Part shown: positions 31,019 through 32,000 of the stretch, piece by piece
How positions within the stretch are numbered: position 1 is the stretch's first letter
How the letters are laid out: every line of letters starts with the position of its first letter
DNA from: Spirochaetales bacterium
GTDB taxonomy: Bacteria; Spirochaetota; Spirochaetia; SZUA-6; RPPD01
DNA: 32,000 nucleotides
Assembly: GCA_016934415.1 (NCBI GenBank)
Contig: JAFGSW010000088.1
Span: 805 to 32,804, forward strand
Reading direction: 5' to 3'
Notes under the pieces: model-generated
What the model saw: only the letters and a program-made list of their open reading frames with translations
Databases searched by the model: none
Told to the model about the DNA's origin: nothing
Translations under genes and position numbers: made by a program

Positions 31019-32000
31019 TTATTTTTTTGCCAATTTTTCGAGATAACCCAAGGCGACCGGATCACCGGGGTTAAGCTCGATCACGGTGCGGAAAAACCCG
31101 ACCGCCTCCTGCGGACGGTTCAATTTGTCGCTGACGACGCCCAGGTTCGAAAGCACCTTGACGTTTTCCGGCTCAAGCTCGGCCGCCGCCGTGAGCCGCC
31201 GGTAACTCTCCTCCAATTCGCCCAATTCCATGTGGACGATGGCAAGCTCATTGAGCACGTCCGTCTTGGGCGAGGCGAGGGACAGGACCTTTAAAAACGC
31301 GTCCTTGGCTTCGGCATACCGGCTGAGACGCCGCAGCCCCCAGCCCAGAAGGAACCAGCCGTTCCAGAAATCGGGGTGGTTCTCAAGGATCGCCCGGGTT
31401 TTTCGTATCCCGTCCTCCTCCTTGCCCATGGTGATGTCGTCGAAAGCCTCCTTGAAGAGGGCGTCCTGCTTCTGGTACGTGGCAAGATTGGAGAAGATTT
31501 TCCTCACCGGCGCTTTTTTACGCTCGTCGGTCTCCCGGCGCAGGTACTCCTCGAAATGCCTGAGCGCTTTTTCGTAATTTTCCTGTTCGAGCAGGAAAAA
31601 CCCGTAATTGAGGACCGTATCCGGAAGAACGTTATCGAGGGCGAGGGCGGAGCGGTACGCTTCAAACGCGAGATCGGCGTATTCTGCGGCCTCCTGCGCC
31701 CGACTCCGATCGCCTTTCAGGTGGAGCGCCGCGTCGTGGTAGACGAGGGCAATGTTGAAGGCGCAGACCGGATCGCCGGGAAAGAGAGCGGCGAGGGCGC
31801 GGAAAATTTCGACGGCGATCGGGAAATCTTTGCTTCCCGCCTTGATGCGGCCGGCCTGCGTGAATTCTTCCTTGATTCCCGGCCGGAGCTCCCTGACGAT
31901 CTCCGCGTATGCGGCGGCGTCCGGGTGCGTGGGAGCGTAGATGAGGACCCGCAGCATCCCGGCGATGACGGCTTCGATCGTCACCGCGGGCGGCCCCTCG
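31019..32000 (-). CDS. Tetratricopeptide (TPR) repeat protein (N-terminus probably outside the window)
   Basis: Repeated 34-aa TPR-like units (e.g. A...F...L...P....ALN.LG.V......EA...F...IELNP.D). The frame remains open upstream of the GTG at 31984 to the window edge. Confidence 0.7.
   Translation of the reverse strand, partial: EGPPAVTIEAVIAGMLRVLIYAPTHPDAAAYAEIVRELRPGIKEEFTQAGRIKAGSKDFPIAVEIFRALAALFPGDPVCAFNIALVYHDAALHLKGDRSRAQEAAEYADLAFEAYRSALALDNVLPDTVLNYGFFLLEQENYEKALRHFEEYLRRETDERKKAPVRKIFSNLATYQKQDALFKEAFDDITMGKEEDGIRKTRAILENHPDFWNGWFLLGWGLRRLSRYAEAKDAFLKVLSLASPKTDVLNELAIVHMELGELEESYRRLTAAAELEPENVKVLSNLGVVSDKLNRPQEAVGFFRTVIELNPGDPVALGYLEKLAKK

Noticed and set aside
1-32000. A whole-window search for CRISPR arrays, rRNA genes, transposases, integrases, phage genes and long direct or inverted repeats
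   Set aside because: None was seen. The only repeats found are short hairpins, the 9-bp tandem repeat at 22374-22409, the shared 11-mer, and the paralogous flaB genes.

Overview
The window is GC-rich by eye (roughly 60%, not computed), densely coding bacterial chromosome with a housekeeping and motility character. Two tandem flagellin genes have the spirochaete core-flagellin (FlaB-type) N-terminus M[IV]INHNMSA and are about 286 aa long. With a bacterial PUR-alpha/DUF3276 gene, this points to a high-GC member of the Spirochaetota (inference). Main blocks, left to right:

- PD40 repeat protein (partial), an FHA protein, a DJ-1/PfpI protein, an ABC-ATPase gene fragment, a PNPOx-family protein and cysteine synthase.
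- A glycine-cleavage operon, gcvT-gcvH-gcvPA-gcvPB, whose last gene is fused in frame to a lipoate-protein-ligase-type domain.
- DUF1015, a decayed deoC remnant, a second FHA protein with a histone-like basic tail, a CE7 acetyl esterase and a HAD hydrolase.
- A divergent MetRS-like class I aminoacyl-tRNA synthetase, a RibD-C-type reductase, DUF3795, a UvrD/PcrA helicase and a small membrane protein.
- M23 peptidase, RNase HII, PUR-alpha-like protein, tRNA-Gly(UCC), DapF-like epimerase, J-domain protein, WecA/MraY-family transferase and an RNase D-like exonuclease.
- A flagellar filament cluster on the minus strand, flaB-flaB-flaG-fliD-orf306, followed by a TPR protein (partial).

I see no CRISPR array, rRNA, transposase, integrase, prophage or recognisable defence island. 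I cannot point to a convincing new multi-gene system. The most unusual items are:

- the GcvPB::lipoate-ligase fusion;
- the MetRS-like protein with degenerate HIGH/KMSKS motifs;
- an uncharacterised 306-aa gene translationally coupled to fliD;
- matching twin GGA-loop hairpins in both flagellin leaders (CsrA-type sites);
- a probable CTG start for gcvPA;
- two gene remnants;
- a GGA-rich 9-bp tandem repeat in an intergenic region.

All functional calls come from motif recognition by eye. No database search was run.
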